From Dipteris shenzhenensis (lineage: Eukaryota), in the NCBI GenBank assembly GCA_047967505.1, contig CM106538.1: a DNA stretch of 64,000 nucleotides, one strand, 5' to 3'. The translations under genes were made by a program, and so were the position numbers. Under the pieces are notes generated by a model, which was not told the DNA's origin, ran no database searches, and saw only the letters and a program-made list of their open reading frames with translations. Shown here in pieces: positions 1 to 12,600 of this stretch. Each line of letters opens with the position of its first letter. Position 1 is the stretch's first letter.

Positions 1-471
1 TTTGGTGGAACGAATAGATACTAGCTCCGTCAATAACTCCTTTTGGGGTTGATTGATGATCCAAGTTGTTCCTTTGAAAAGCCACTTGCATACAACTCCA
101 CTCCTCCCATGAAGCAAGCCAACCAACTCCGATGTTGTCATTCTTTTTTATTGCATTACACTCTTATTGCATTGCTAACGCCATTTGTCGATTCAACATG
201 CCATCATAGGTCTTGGCCTCCACTTCAGCCAACAAAGTACATATCAAGGCACCATTAGCCCAGAGCTAGCTTGCTATGTTGACCTTGAAGACCTCTTAAC
301 ACGGCCAATACGTGACAATTCCTGCAATTTAGACTCTTCAAAAATCTCCAAACACCATATTAAAATCTAAGTCTTCCAGGAGCTGTGTATTTATTTGGTT
401 AGCTGACACATCCTCTCGAAGCTCATTTTCTCTTGACATGCGTCTTCTTGATCATCTTCCTTGCCCCTGCT

Positions 472-943
472 TTGGCAAACCATTGCTCATCAAGCATCCT
501 AAGATTCTCAAGCAGAATGGCATCCCGATTCCCCGTCCTCATAAAATGGGCTGTCATGACAATAGTCTTTTCATTTTAAAACAATACATCCTGTGGGCTT
601 TTTGATTAATCACTGCACCCAATAACCTGGCCTTTTTTTCTTGTTAGTTAACTTCCTTCTTCACTGCTCTCCAGCCCACCTATGCATCCTTCACTGCTAT
701 TCTGCCCTCGGGCACATGTGCATCTTTCTTTCCCCTACTTCCAATTTGGCATGGCAAAACATTGCCCATCAAACATCCTAGGATTCTTAAGCGGAATGGC
801 ATCCTGATCCCCGTCCTCATAAAATGGGCTGTCATCACAATAGTCTCTTCATTGTGAAAAGTATACAACCTGGGTCACTGCACCCCATAACCTGCCCTTT
901 TTTTGCTTTTATTTAACTTCCTTCTTCACTACTCTGCTGCCCA
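472..943. repeat. Imperfect direct duplication (~472-678 and ~752-943)
   Basis: Both copies share e.g. 'gaatggcatcc..atccccgtcctcataaaatgggctgtcat.acaatagtct' and 'taacttccttcttcact'. Confidence 0.85.
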
Positions 944-1113
944 TAACCATCTCACTGATGGATGAAAGCATCCTCCATCCTTTCTTTCAATTGTGGAGTA
1001 TATGGAATCGTACTCACATTTCCTTAATTGATTGAAGATTCTCCACCATGCCCTCAAAGTCTTTTAAACTTTTGAGACGTTTTAGCTTCTCACGTCCTGA
1101 AAAACACTTGCTC

Positions 1114-1393
1114 TGAAACCGGCCTCTATGCACTCAGAGGGCAGTGGAACTAAACCTTTAATCACTTCAGCACTTATTTACAGCTCACAAAGCATATATC
1201 ACGACCATTAACCATTGCATGATCACCATTTGGCATTTACCCATTTGTTCACAAACAAAACCACTGAAAAAAGGATGGAGGCTAGAATGCCCCTGCTCAA
1301 CAAACATAGACAAGTGCACCCGATTGGCCCCAAACACCGTGGCGCAAGAATTCCAAGAGCATTTACAAGAGCCGACCAGCAAGAATTCCACTG
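1114..1393 (-). repeat. Truncated 3' LTR of the gypsy element
   Basis: 1114-1345 is nearly identical to 5018-5249; 1361-1393 matches ~5783-5815; the rest of the LTR is absent. Confidence 0.88.
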
Positions 1394-1659
1394 AATACAC
1401 TGCTCAAAATCTATGTGATCCCCAGCAATCAATAGTCAAGATGCATCAATATCATGAAGTCTCACAGCAGAAATATTGTCAGCTCAGTATCTCGGATAAA
1501 ACGTACAGTGTCATCAAGCGACCTCATGAAATCACAGTGAGACCGTCTGTACTGAGGGAGTGGAGGTGCTACCCCCCTCTCGAACATCAGGTAATGCTCC
1601 AGACGCTTGCTCTGCTAAACTACCTGTAGGAGCCCAGACCACAGTCGGCTCTAACTGAA

Positions 1660-1775
1660 AAGCATCAAGGTAAAGCTGCAATAGTCCAAATGAATCTGCC
1701 ACTTCACCTTCCTCCATCCATTTCGCATCAAGTGATGAATTTTGAAATTTTACCAAGTAGCGGTACAGCTTTCTC
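1660..1775 (-). pseudogene. Chromodomain-like C-terminus of chromoviral integrase
   Basis: ORF 1532..1810 contains RYLVKFQNSSLDAKWMEEGEVADSFGLLQLY, resembling the YLVK(W/F)...W..E..L chromodomain motif. Confidence 0.65.
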
Positions 1776-4732
1776 GTGTAAAGCATGCAAGGGAGAAGCA
1801 ATTTCTGCAAAGTACTTTATAAACCGTTGATAGTATTTACACAACCCAAGGAAGCTTCTGACTTCATGCAGATTTTTCAGAATTGGCCAACTCCTTATGG
1901 CCTCAACTTTTGCAGGATCCATCTTGACTCCATCCTTTGACACTATATGACCAAGAAAATGAATCTCATGCATAAAGAACTCACTTTTCTAGGTGTTTAT
2001 TAACAGCTTGTGTCTTTTCAACTCTTGAAACACAATAGTGAGGTGTTTCCTGTGCTCCTGCTCATTTTTAAAGAACACAATGATGTCATCGAAGAAAGTG
2101 CCCACAAACTTTCTGTGTGCTCTAAAAATTATATCCATCATTCTATTGAAAGTGGCACGTGCATTAGTCAAACCAAAAGGCATCACAACGAACTCACATA
2201 AGCCAAATGAAGTGCAGAAGGCAGTCTTGTAGACATCTTTAAGCCGTATCCTTATCTGATGGTATCCACTTTTAAGGTCAATACGACTGAACATTAAGGA
2301 ACCTTCCAATCGATCCCATATATCATCAATGTGTGGAATTGGAAAACGGTTCTTAATTGTGACTTTATTCAAAGCCCTATAATCAATACACATTCTCCAA
2401 CTGCCATCCTTCTTTTGCACAAGCAACACAGGGGAACAGTAAGGAGAATTACTTAGCTGTATTAATTCCTTTTCCAAGAGTTCCTTCACTTGTGACATTA
2501 TCTCTTCCTGTTGTGTCTTACTGACACGATAGGGAGGTATATTAGGCGGTGAGCTTCCTAGAATTATATCAATTTGATGATCCTCGGGCCTCTTGGGAGG
2601 TAATTCTTAAGGAAGTGCACCTGAGAAACAATCCTGAAAATCTGAAATAAAAGCATCCCTTTCTCTATCTAAAGAAGAAAGAGTAGAGCCTTCCTGAACT
2701 AGTTGGTTGTCCTCTTTGACAACATACGCTGAAATATGACGCTTTATTACATTGAAAATACAAGAAGCTGAAACTACAGGGATGGACTCCCCTTTCAACT
2801 TTACATCAAGTACATGATTTTTGCCTCTATGAGTTAAAGAAATCTTCTTGTTTCTCATCTGCACATCAGCCCCCACCCTGTACGTCCAAGGCATCCGAAG
2901 CAAAGCATCACACTCTAGCAAAGGCATAATGTAGAAGTCCTCTGCATCCTGATATCCCTGGATATGCATCCTCAACTTGCCAATAATAGGAGTGACAGGT
3001 GTGTTGAGTTCAGGGTTGGCCATATCACACATGCCAGATGGCCTCATTTCCTTAGGCTTGATGTCAAGCCTTCCTGCCATATTAGGAGTTATAAAATTCG
3101 CCTTTGCCCCAGAATCAAAGAAAAACAAACAATTCTGATTTCTGATTTTTCCCCATGCTCTGCACATCTCAGTCTTTTTCATTTCCTCTTCATCATGTGC
3201 ATGTGGCAAACTCCCAATCACATCTAAAAGAAGTCCAGCGGAAGGTTTAGGCCTTTTGCCCTTCCGATCAGCCTGTTTATCACCATTCTTATCATCATCT
3301 GACCTATCTCTTTTCTTGGATGGGCAATCATAAGAACGGTGTCCCTCTCCTTTGCATATAAAACATTTGTTTTGCTCCATGAGTGACTTTTTCTCTTCAT
3401 CAGGTAACTTGGTATGGGGCTGTTTATTAGGCTGTCCATGCCTTTGACCAACTTTGAATTGGGCTTTTCCTCCCTTTTGAAACGATCGTTTGCCATAATT
3501 TTTATTTTCAGATTTGATGTCCTTATCCTAGTGTTTGGCAGCCCGTTTGTTGTCTTCTTTCTTGCTGTCCATAAAGCCCAAATTCTTCTCCTGCATCCAT
3601 GCATATGCTGTCCTTGCATTATCAATTAATTGACTCATAGAACCCACCTTGGTTTTAATGCAATAATCACGTAGCTCACTAGGCAATCCACAACAGTACC
3701 TCTCTATTTGCTCTTTCAAAGAAACATGCCTGTAAGAGCTCAATGGCAGCAAAACATCCCAAAACCTTTGGGTATAATCATCAAGATTCTTGCAAAGTTT
3801 GTATGACAAGTCATGCCAGTGTGAAAGTACTTTAACTTCAAAAGTTGGAGTAAGCCAAGTAGAAGAGAACACTTGCTTAAATTCCAGCCAAGTAGCAGGT
3901 GCATCTCCATGAAGCATAAGGTTGGTGTACCACTTAAGTGCATTGCCTTTCAAAAATGTGGCAACCTTCCTCATCTTGGATGCTTCTGTAAACAAACCCC
4001 CAAGAAATGCAGCATCAAACTGTTGAAGGAATGTGAGGGCTTTGTACCTGTCCTGTACTCCATTATATGTCTCAAACTTGACATGAGAACCACCATCCTT
4101 GATTTCTTTATATACATTTGATATTGGCTGTCCCAAAGATGGCTGTATTTTTGCAGCATTCCCTTCACTAGGGAGAGCCATGCTTGGCTGAACATTAGGC
4201 ATGGGAGCATATGCTGTGGCTTGCATGCCTGGTTGCATTCCCACATTGTCATACATGGCTTGCTTTCAATGCCCAGTTGGTGGTGAAATCAACATAGCAT
4301 CAAAGATAGAATCTGTACCAAAATATTCAGGTTGCTGCCTCAAAGATGGCTGAGGTGGCTGAGCCACATTTATGGACTGCACATTATTATTTTGAGTAGT
4401 AGAAGTACCCAAACCAAGGCCTTGTGCAGGCTGCTCATACTGTTGCACTGGCTGTACTTTTTGTACCTCTTTCTCAAGTGCTCTTTTGGGGGATTCCTCT
4501 CTCTTGGAAGTCACTTTCTGAGTCATTTTTTATGGCTGTCCCTCGTGGGAAACTGATGCATGAGTGTGCGGTCCGCCATGAGAAGCTGATGCATGTGTGT
4601 ACTCACTCTTTCCGTGCTTGTGCTTTCTTGTGATTTCTTCTTCTTCTTGGCATTTGTTTGCACAATCAGAGCCAAATTTTGACTCAGCTGAGTCACAACA
4701 GTCACTGCACTTACAAGCTGTGCATTCAACAT
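1770..4732 (-). pseudogene. Gypsy gag-pol remnant (gag, zinc knuckle, protease, RT) with stops and frameshifts
   Basis: Gag FLQQFDAAF...FLKGNALKWY (3528..4256); CFICKGEGHRSYDC and FFDSGAKANFI (2607..3380); RT SPVLLVQKKDGSWRMCIDYRALN...MPFGLTNA...FFDD (1989..2498); FLGHIVSKDGVKMDPAKV (1728..1973). Confidence 0.95.
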
Positions 4733-4998
4733 AGTAGCATCATTTGACTCACTGCTAGAACTAGTATCACCGTTGAGCTCAGTTGTAGCTTCATGTGTGG
4801 CCTACTCAAAAGGCATTTGTTGTGCTCCCTACAACTATACACTAGCTAGATCATTAAGGCTTTCCTGCCTTCTCCTTTGAGGAGTTGTGGAGCTCTCTTG
4901 CTCGTGTTTATGATTGTAATATTCAGCTGTCAAAAAGTGCAGCAAAGATATCCTTCCACCAAACTACCGAGGCCCACCTCTTCAAAAAGAGTGTGGTA

Positions 4999-5016
4999 TC
5001 CCGGCAAATGGAACCA
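4999..5016 (-). promoter_or_regulatory. Primer-binding site, probably complementary to the tRNA-Glu 3' end
   Basis: Minus strand reads TGGTTCCATTTGCCGGGA 1 nt inside the 5' LTR. The plus strand 'tcccggcaaatggaacca' resembles the plant tRNA-Glu 3' end TCCCGGCAA(C/T)GGAA-CCA (recalled, one extra base). Confidence 0.7.
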
Positions 5017-5017
5017 A

Positions 5018-6609
5018 TGAAACCGGCCTCTAATCACTCAAAAGGCAGTGGAACTAAACCTTTAATCACTTCAGCACTTATTTACAGCTCACAAAGCATA
5101 TATCACAACCATTAACCATTGCATGATCACCATTTGGCATTTACCCATTTGTTCACAAACAAAACCACTAAAAAAAGGAAGGAGGCTAGAATGCCCCTGC
5201 TCAACAAACATAGACAAGTGCACCCGATTGGCCCCAAACACCATGGCGCCCCTTTCAGTATTTCTTTATATTTCACAGTGAAATGATTACAAGTTGCATC
5301 TGGGAGATCTTCCCTGCAACTCAGCACACAACCCCAATTCACTGAGCCTTCGCAAGGCTTTCAAGCATAGAACACCATCACATAAGTGCACTTAACCCAT
5401 AGGCTCAACCCCAAAGGCATTCTCTTTTCCGAGTGCAATTCCATTGGCTGTCCAAATGCAATCACACTGCACCCCAGCTGCACTCTCTTTGGGTGGTTTC
5501 CAGATGGCATTCACAAAGCTTTTCAAAACTCCAAAATAAAATCAACAAAGTACCCAACCGAAGAATGACTCATGTAGCACTGCCTAAGCACCTGTGAACC
5601 AAGAAAGAGGCGACACACGAGGCCAACCAATAGCTTATGGCAAAAAGAAATTGCAACAGCAAAATCACAACTCACCAAGCCTTGAAAACTCAAACCAAGT
5701 CCTCAATTGCCAAGAGGACATAGTAGCCAATGCTCGATTGCATTCTCAACCAAAAAGAAGTGCAAAGGCATGAAGAAAGAGAATTTACAAGAGCCGACCA
5801 GCAAGAATTCCACTAAAAAATGTGAAAAGAAGCACTTTTGTCGCGAAGAAATGGGAGTTCTTAGGCTCAAAAGAAGCATGCTTCAGAGAGGAATGCATTG
5901 AGAAGGTTTTGGACAAGTTTCATCATCGGAAAGTCCTCCAAAACTGAGAAAAACCAGTCAACCAGTGCGTGGGACCACTCGAAATTCAACAGAAAGCTGT
6001 AGCTTTGCAAGAGGAGAGGCCCAAGAGGCTATAGAAGCAAAAAGGTCCAGAAAAAGCCACTTTTGCAAATTCGACCAACAAAAAAAGCGCTCAGCTCTGC
6101 CCGTTCTACCAAACGCACGGAGGGAAAAGCATATCACTGCGAAGGGGAGGCAGAGGGGAAGCCATCGGGCCAAACGAAAGTCGAGGAATCCAAACGGGTA
6201 AGGAGTTATGAAGAAAAACGGAATTTAGCTGAAGAAGGCTAAAAAACCAGTCCAAAATCTCAACAAAGGGAGAAGATGAGAGAGAAAACCACACATGTGA
6301 AGTTTAGAAGGTCCAAGAATGGCAAAGGAGCATGTAGAAGGCACTGGAGCCACTTGAAACTCTAGGGGGGCCACTGAAGGTACATGGTCCTCTAGGGGGC
6401 CCATTAAAAATGCCACATCATCATTTTCCAACAACCACTCTTTTAATTCCTTGGAATGCCTTTGGGCCTAAGGATTAATTACACTTATGTACTAGGCACC
6501 ATGCCGCGTTTAATTACACATTATTAAGCCCACGCTTGGAATTTTAAAACCAAAGTTATCACAGTCTTGTAGTACATTAAAGTACTTAGAATTTCACGCC
6601 CCCGTGACA
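5018..6609 (-). repeat. Full-length 5' LTR (~1.6 kb) of the gypsy element
   Basis: TG...CA termini, PBS on the inner side, TSD on the outer side. Confidence 0.88.
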
Positions 6610-6959
6610 TGCTCTATCCAATGAGCATGATGAAATACTTGCTCCATCAAGCTAGCTCCATTCTTGAACCAAGCCTTATGGTATACATCCCGCCTTCTAC
6701 ATCAATGTAAGGAAGAGTAAATCTAGAGGGAACAAGGGGGATAGGGTAGTGGAAGGGAAGGTCAGGAGAAAGCAAAATAAAGAAATGTCTGTTAATGTAT
6801 ATGAAAGGCCAAGAGAGCCCATGAGACCAAGAATTTAAAATGGACATAAGAATACACCCCCATGGGGGAAAATATAGGTATCATCACACCTCCAAAAAGT
6901 ACTGATGGATCTGAGGAACAAATATGGAAAACTCAGTGTGCAGAAAGTAGTTCCTATTG

Positions 6960-9395
6960 TGTCATGCTATATGCCATGTATCACGTGTTGGCATGAGCAG
7001 CCTAAGCTCAATGTGGGCTTGATTAGGTGTTGGAAATGGTGTGGTCACCTCCCCATCTGTAAGCCCCCATATGAGGAGTGCATGGGGCGATAAACCAAGG
7101 AATGATGTGGCGGCCACATGGGCACTTGGCTGCAATGTGGGCAGCATACACACAGCAAAACATGAAAGGATGGGGCTGTCGCATGGACAGCACATGGGCT
7201 TCCATGTCATCAGGGCACACAAAGATTTACCCACAGATGTGCCACGTGTCTGTCAAAGGTTGGCTGGAAGCAAGGCGATGACAGAAGTGCCGATGTCAGC
7301 AACTGTACGGCACTCTGCAGGATCTGCACTGCACTCATTTCAGGGCCTGTACGGGGCTATACCAGGTCCCCTAGAGCTGGAACATGGCCTGACAGGAGGC
7401 GAAACAGCAGAGCTGAATGTGTGTCTGTCTGGAGAAGAGTTTAAGGCCAGAATAAGCCCTGGAACAGGTCGAGGTATAGGGACGATTGCCTGAGCCAGTG
7501 GCAGTGGCAGCCTGCCACGTGCCAGGCAGGGGCTTGCAAGGTCCTCAAAATGGAGAGCCCACCTGGTCGGTTTTACAAACTAGGGTGGGTCGGTTGGTAG
7601 GGCTGCTAGATCAGCGGAAACCCCTACTGGGTCGGCCAGTTTTGGGGGGCTACCAGCCCCTATAAAAGGGGTCCCTTGGTGCCTCATTCCATATCCACCA
7701 GAGCAGCAAGTCATCCAGCAGATTTGGAGCAGCAGACCAGCACATATGGGACCTACATCCAGGAGGTCAGTTGGAGGCTGAAGAGCTCCGCGCATAGCTT
7801 GGTAGGGACTGCACACCTAGGCTGGCAGTTAAGGAAGCAAGGACCAGACTCAGCACAAAGACTAAAGTCTACAGAAGCTCGGCAAGGAGCATGCGGGCTT
7901 AGGGATCTAGAAGTGCCAAGGAAATAGTAGGGCAACTTTTGGTGAGGACAGAGGATGACAGTTTGGTGGAACGACTCTTTTGTATTGTGTCCTGTTGTGG
8001 AAGGAAATATATCTTTCTCTTGGACCATTGTCTACTTACCGGCTCGCGCACACACATGTTTAGCTGCATCAAGCTCGAGTAGAGGCGTAGTCACTAAGAA
8101 GTTGACGGATTCTTGAAGCCATGAAATTATATAGAATTGGGTGGTAACAGAGTGTCAAGATACAAGTAAAGAAGTTTTGGATTCCGTAGTTAAACACTTC
8201 TGTGTAAATTCTTGGTTAAGTATGCAAATGCCTATGTTACAATGAGGATGTCTGACATTGAGGGATGGTCAGATGAGGAGTCAAAAACCTTTGTGAAGGT
8301 GAAGGACAGCATTAAATGCTTGGAGCCCTTAGGTGCTTGGCTGGTATTGCTAGGATACAGAGGAGGATTCTTCAACAGGACCTATGGATTCAGAGTCAGA
8401 TGGATGTTGTGACCTAGAGGAGGACATCATAGTACACATGGAAGCTTATGTCCACGCAATCTGGAGTTAAGCTTGGGATTTGATTTCTCAAGTACGGTAT
8501 TTGGTTGCAAACCTTGCCAGATGGAGGGCGGGTTGAAACACCCCCTGAGCCTGGAAGTTCCAAGTTGTTCGCCCATCATGAGGGGGATAGTTGGACGATG
8601 TTGGTGTCTGGATTGCTTGAGTTTAAAGACGGGTACGTGACTAAAGGAGGTGGTGCCATCTGGTGCTACCAAAGATGGACCTATGACACCGCAATGTCCG
8701 GAGGGCTATGACATAGGAGCTACTGGAGCATCTTCATCGACGTGTTGAGATTGGGCCAAGATGTCTCGGTGAGAGGTCATCTTGGAAATGGTATGGTCAC
8801 CTCCCCATCTATAAGCCCCTATATAAGGAGAGCATGGGCAGGGCGAACCAAGGAATGAATGGCTGCCACATGGGCAGCACCTTGGCTGCCATGTGGGAAG
8901 CATACACATAACAAAACATGAAAGGATGGGGCTGTCACATGGGCAGCACACAATAAGACTTATCTGGCAGTTTGGGCCGCCATGATGGCCAGCAGGGGTA
9001 CAGATGTGCCACGTGTCTATCAGAGGTTGGATGGAGCATGATTGCGAAGGGAATACAGCCTGGAAGCAAGGCGATGACAAAAATGCTGATGTCGGCAATG
9101 TACTGCACTCTGCAGGATCAGTACAGACTGTTTTCAGGGCTTGTACAGGGCTGCAACATGGCCTGTCAGGAGGAACAGTGAAGCTGAATGTGCGCTTGTT
9201 TGGAGAAGAGTTTGGAGCTGAAAGAAGCCCTGGAACAGGTCGGGGTATAGGCAGAATTGCCTGGGCCAGTGGCAGCCTGCCACATGGCCAGGCAAATGCC
9301 TGCAAGGGCCTCCGACCTGGTCGGTTTTATAGACCAGGGTGGGTCAGTTGTAGGGCTGCTGGTCGTTCAAAACCCCTACTGGGTCGGGCTAGTGT
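6960..9395 (+). mobile_element. Degenerate non-autonomous LTR-like element: two diverged ~610-bp direct repeats (~7029-7640, ~8781-9393)
   Basis: Both copies run 'ttggaaatggt.tggtcacctccccatct...' to 'aaacccctactgggtcgg'; their ORF translations are parallel; TATA-like 'ctataaaagggg' near 7660. No recognisable domains between them. Confidence 0.55.
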
Positions 9396-9679
9396 CCATG
9401 AGTCCTCTCCGTGGACGGCATGAGACGGCCTGGCGTCTAGATGCTGCACTGATAATACCAGAATGGGATGTATGCTCCTAGAGCCTGAATCGAGGTGTAT
9501 TCTCATAACATTGCTACCAGGCTCCAAGATTATGGCATCTTTAGCATCTCAGAGGTAGCTAAAAGGCTCAATCAATTGCAATGCATAGGATGCACTTTCT
9601 TTCCTAAGTTCTGTAACCAATGCCCTTACTGTAATTAGCTACATTTTTGGTGCTGTGAGACCCAACCATTGTCTTGCAA

Positions 9680-12600
9680 TTGTCTACAAAGATGAGAGTC
9701 ATGGCATTCAAATCTGTGAGAACAAGGGAGAGTAGAGAGCAAGAGTGAGAGCTGAATAACTGAATAGAAGAACTGAAGTACAAGTGAGAGTGAATTAAGT
9801 GACAAAACCCTTATCCTATCCACTAACCGTAGTTAGGGATTGGACTGTGGTTAGGGAGAAAAACCTCAATGAGGGAAAAGTACCCCTAACCTACTTATTA
9901 CAATACATTGGCCACTGCCTAGAATATAATAATAATTCTAACACCCCCCTGCAGTGCCAATGTGGTGTACAAGGTAGTGATCAATCACCAAAAGGAGATA
10001 AGTTTAGGGCACTGCGAAATGCCTCAAACTTCTCACGTGGAAGTGCTTTGGTGAAGATGTCTGCAACATTGTCATGTGTTGACCCATACATCATATTGAT
10101 CTCCGTTGCATGCAACTTCTCTCTAACATAATGATAATGAACCTCAATGTGCTTCGTGCGAGCATGAAACACACGATTCTTTGCCATTGCTACTGACTAT
10201 CAGTGAGAATTGGAGAAGGACCCTCCAATAAGAGACAAAGAGCAGCAAACAAATGACGCAGCCAAACACATTCAACTGTCGCTGTGAAAGCTGCCCTGTA
10301 CTCAGCTTCACATGAGAAAGTAGCCACTGTAGATTGCTTCTTGTTCAGCCAAGAAATGCAAGCTTTGCCCAAAAAGAAACAATTACCACTAGTGGACTAC
10401 CTAGTATCATAGTCTCCAGCCCAATGTGAATCACTGTAAGCATGCATCTGCAAGTCACCCCCCGGGAAACATCAAGCCATAAGACTTTGTGCCTTGCAAA
10501 TAACGGAAGATGCGTTTTACAACCTCCCAATGTGTATGGGCTGTGCATATACCTGCTCACCTGAGATACTGCATACTGAATATCGGGCCTTGTATTGCAC
10601 AAATAGATGAGGCATCCAACAGCCTGGCTGTAAAGTGTGACATCGACTGATTCACCTGCATCATACGTAGTAAGCTTCAGCCCCGGCTACATGGGAGTGG
10701 CTATAGGCTTACAATCATGCATGTTAAACCTATCCAAGAGCTTTTGCACATACTTGGATTGAGACATAACAATGCCACACTTGTCTTGTATAAACTGAAT
10801 CCCCAAACATGCCCAAATCTGTCATGTCAAATTCAGCTTTCAACTCAGCTTTGAAATCTACAATTATTTCCTCATTTGACGCTATCAGCAACATGTCATC
10901 TAAAAATATCCCCCCCATCCTTCTTGATGTAGAGGGTGCTTTCCGTGGGACTATTATGTAGCCCCTTACTTGCCAGGAATGCACCAATTTTGGCATATCA
11001 TGTACATGGGGCTTGTTTCATCCCATATAAAGCTTTATTCAGCTTGCAAACTTGAAGTGCATTGCTAGAAAGTTCAAATCCAGAAGGTTATTTCACATAA
11101 ACCTCTACAAATCCCCATTAAGGAAAGCTGTTTTTATGTCCAACTGATGGACATTCCAAACAAAATTTGCAGCCATGGCAATAACTAACCTTATGGTGAT
11201 CATTCGGGATGTAGGAGCAAAAGTCTCCTCATAATCTAAGCTCTTCTTCTGTGCATAGCCTTTGGCAACCAGCCTTGCCTTGTACCTATCAATGGACCCA
11301 TCTGGCTTCCTTTTCACTTTGAAAACCCATTTGGTACCAATGGCATGCTTCCCAAGTGGCAAGTCCACAAAATCCAATGGACTGCAATTCATTGTGCATG
11401 GCATGTATCCAATGCACATTATCCTTGCTTCTTCAAAAGAGTCAGGCTCTTCTTCATCAAGAAGAGTACCTGCATAAGCTGTCTCAACAGAAAGAGCCCC
11501 CCCTGCGTGCCTTACTACAAGTCCTGCCAGGCAAATGTGCATCAAGCCTACTCTCCCTGAGGGTCTGTAGCAACCAATTCAGAACTGTTTTGGCTGCATG
11601 TATCTCTTGAATCTCTTGCCTGACAACTTCATCCACACCCTGTGGAGGTACAAAATCAGCACGTGGCTGAATCGGGGCATGTGGATCGGGAGGAGGTTGC
11701 TGTAAATTCTGATTTTCAGCATGAGCCTCAGCTGGGGAACCAAATGCTATAGGAAGCATCCCCTTGAAAACATCATCTGAAGAAGCTGGAATAGTAAATT
11801 CAGCATGTGTATGTGCTGAATTCTCTGAAAAAATAACATCTCTACTCACAAAAATCTTGCGAGAAGCAGGATTGTAGAGACGATAGCCTTTGCTTTGTGT
11901 ACTATACCCAACAAAAATACACTATTGCCTTATCTGACAACTTATGTCGAAACTCCACAGGCATGTGGGGATATGCAACATAACCAAAACTCTGAAGTGA
12001 CCCACTGAAGGCTTTCTCCCATGCCATGCCTCATCGGAAGTGATTGTCTTCAAAGCCTTTGTGGAAGCCCGATTCAAAACATAATTTGCACACTATCAAA
12101 ATACCAAGTGTTCAGTGTCTCATTGACACTAAGAGAGCATGCATCCTTTGAAGTGTCATAACTGCAAGTCAAGAAAGCATATGGGTCATCCTGAAGAGTG
12201 GCTGTAGTATCTGAACTATCCACTGGAATATCTGAAATGCAAGACAAAGGCATAGTGCTCTTCCACAAAGTTGGCTATAACATCCCCTCCATCATGTGCA
12301 TTAGGAGCTAATGCATTGAGATAGCCATACCTGAATCCCTTTTATTTTCTTTAGCTATGCGCTTCTTGCATTCACCAATGTAATGACCTGGCTTCTTGCA
12401 ATAGTGACAAAGGTGCTTCTTCTTAGGCTTATCTGCATCTCCTTTAGCCTTATAAGAGGGCTGTCCTGAATCAGCTTTATGCTGATGTGCAGGCTGATTG
12501 GAATGTTGCTTTTGCTGCCCTTTTCCTTTGGGCTTGAACTTAGAAAGCATGGCATGCTCACCAGCCCGTGTTGCCATATTTCTTCTTGTCTACTCTTCCT

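Larger units (their letters stand above)
1114..6609 (-). mobile_element. Ty3/gypsy chromovirus-type LTR retrotransposon, internally deleted, flanked by a 5-bp TSD (TGCTC)
   Basis: The same LTR terminus 'tgaaaccggcctct...' occurs at 1114 and 5018. The outer end '...cccgtgaca' is at 6609. TGCTC lies at 1109-1113 and 6610-6614. Gag, CCHC knuckle, DSGA protease, RT and a chromodomain-like peptide lie inside. Confidence 0.92.

Noticed and set aside
4999-5016. tRNA gene
   Set aside because: Only the 3'-terminal ~18 nt including CCA match; the position next to an LTR identifies it as a PBS.
6962-9481. The many overlapping 60-200-aa ORFs as host genes
   Set aside because: They lie in duplicated LTR-like sequence on both strands, lack recognisable domains and are not conserved in frame between the two copies.
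9830-9860. Telomere-like TTAGGG motifs (also near 21735)
   Set aside because: Only isolated copies inside TE sequence, not a tandem telomeric tract.
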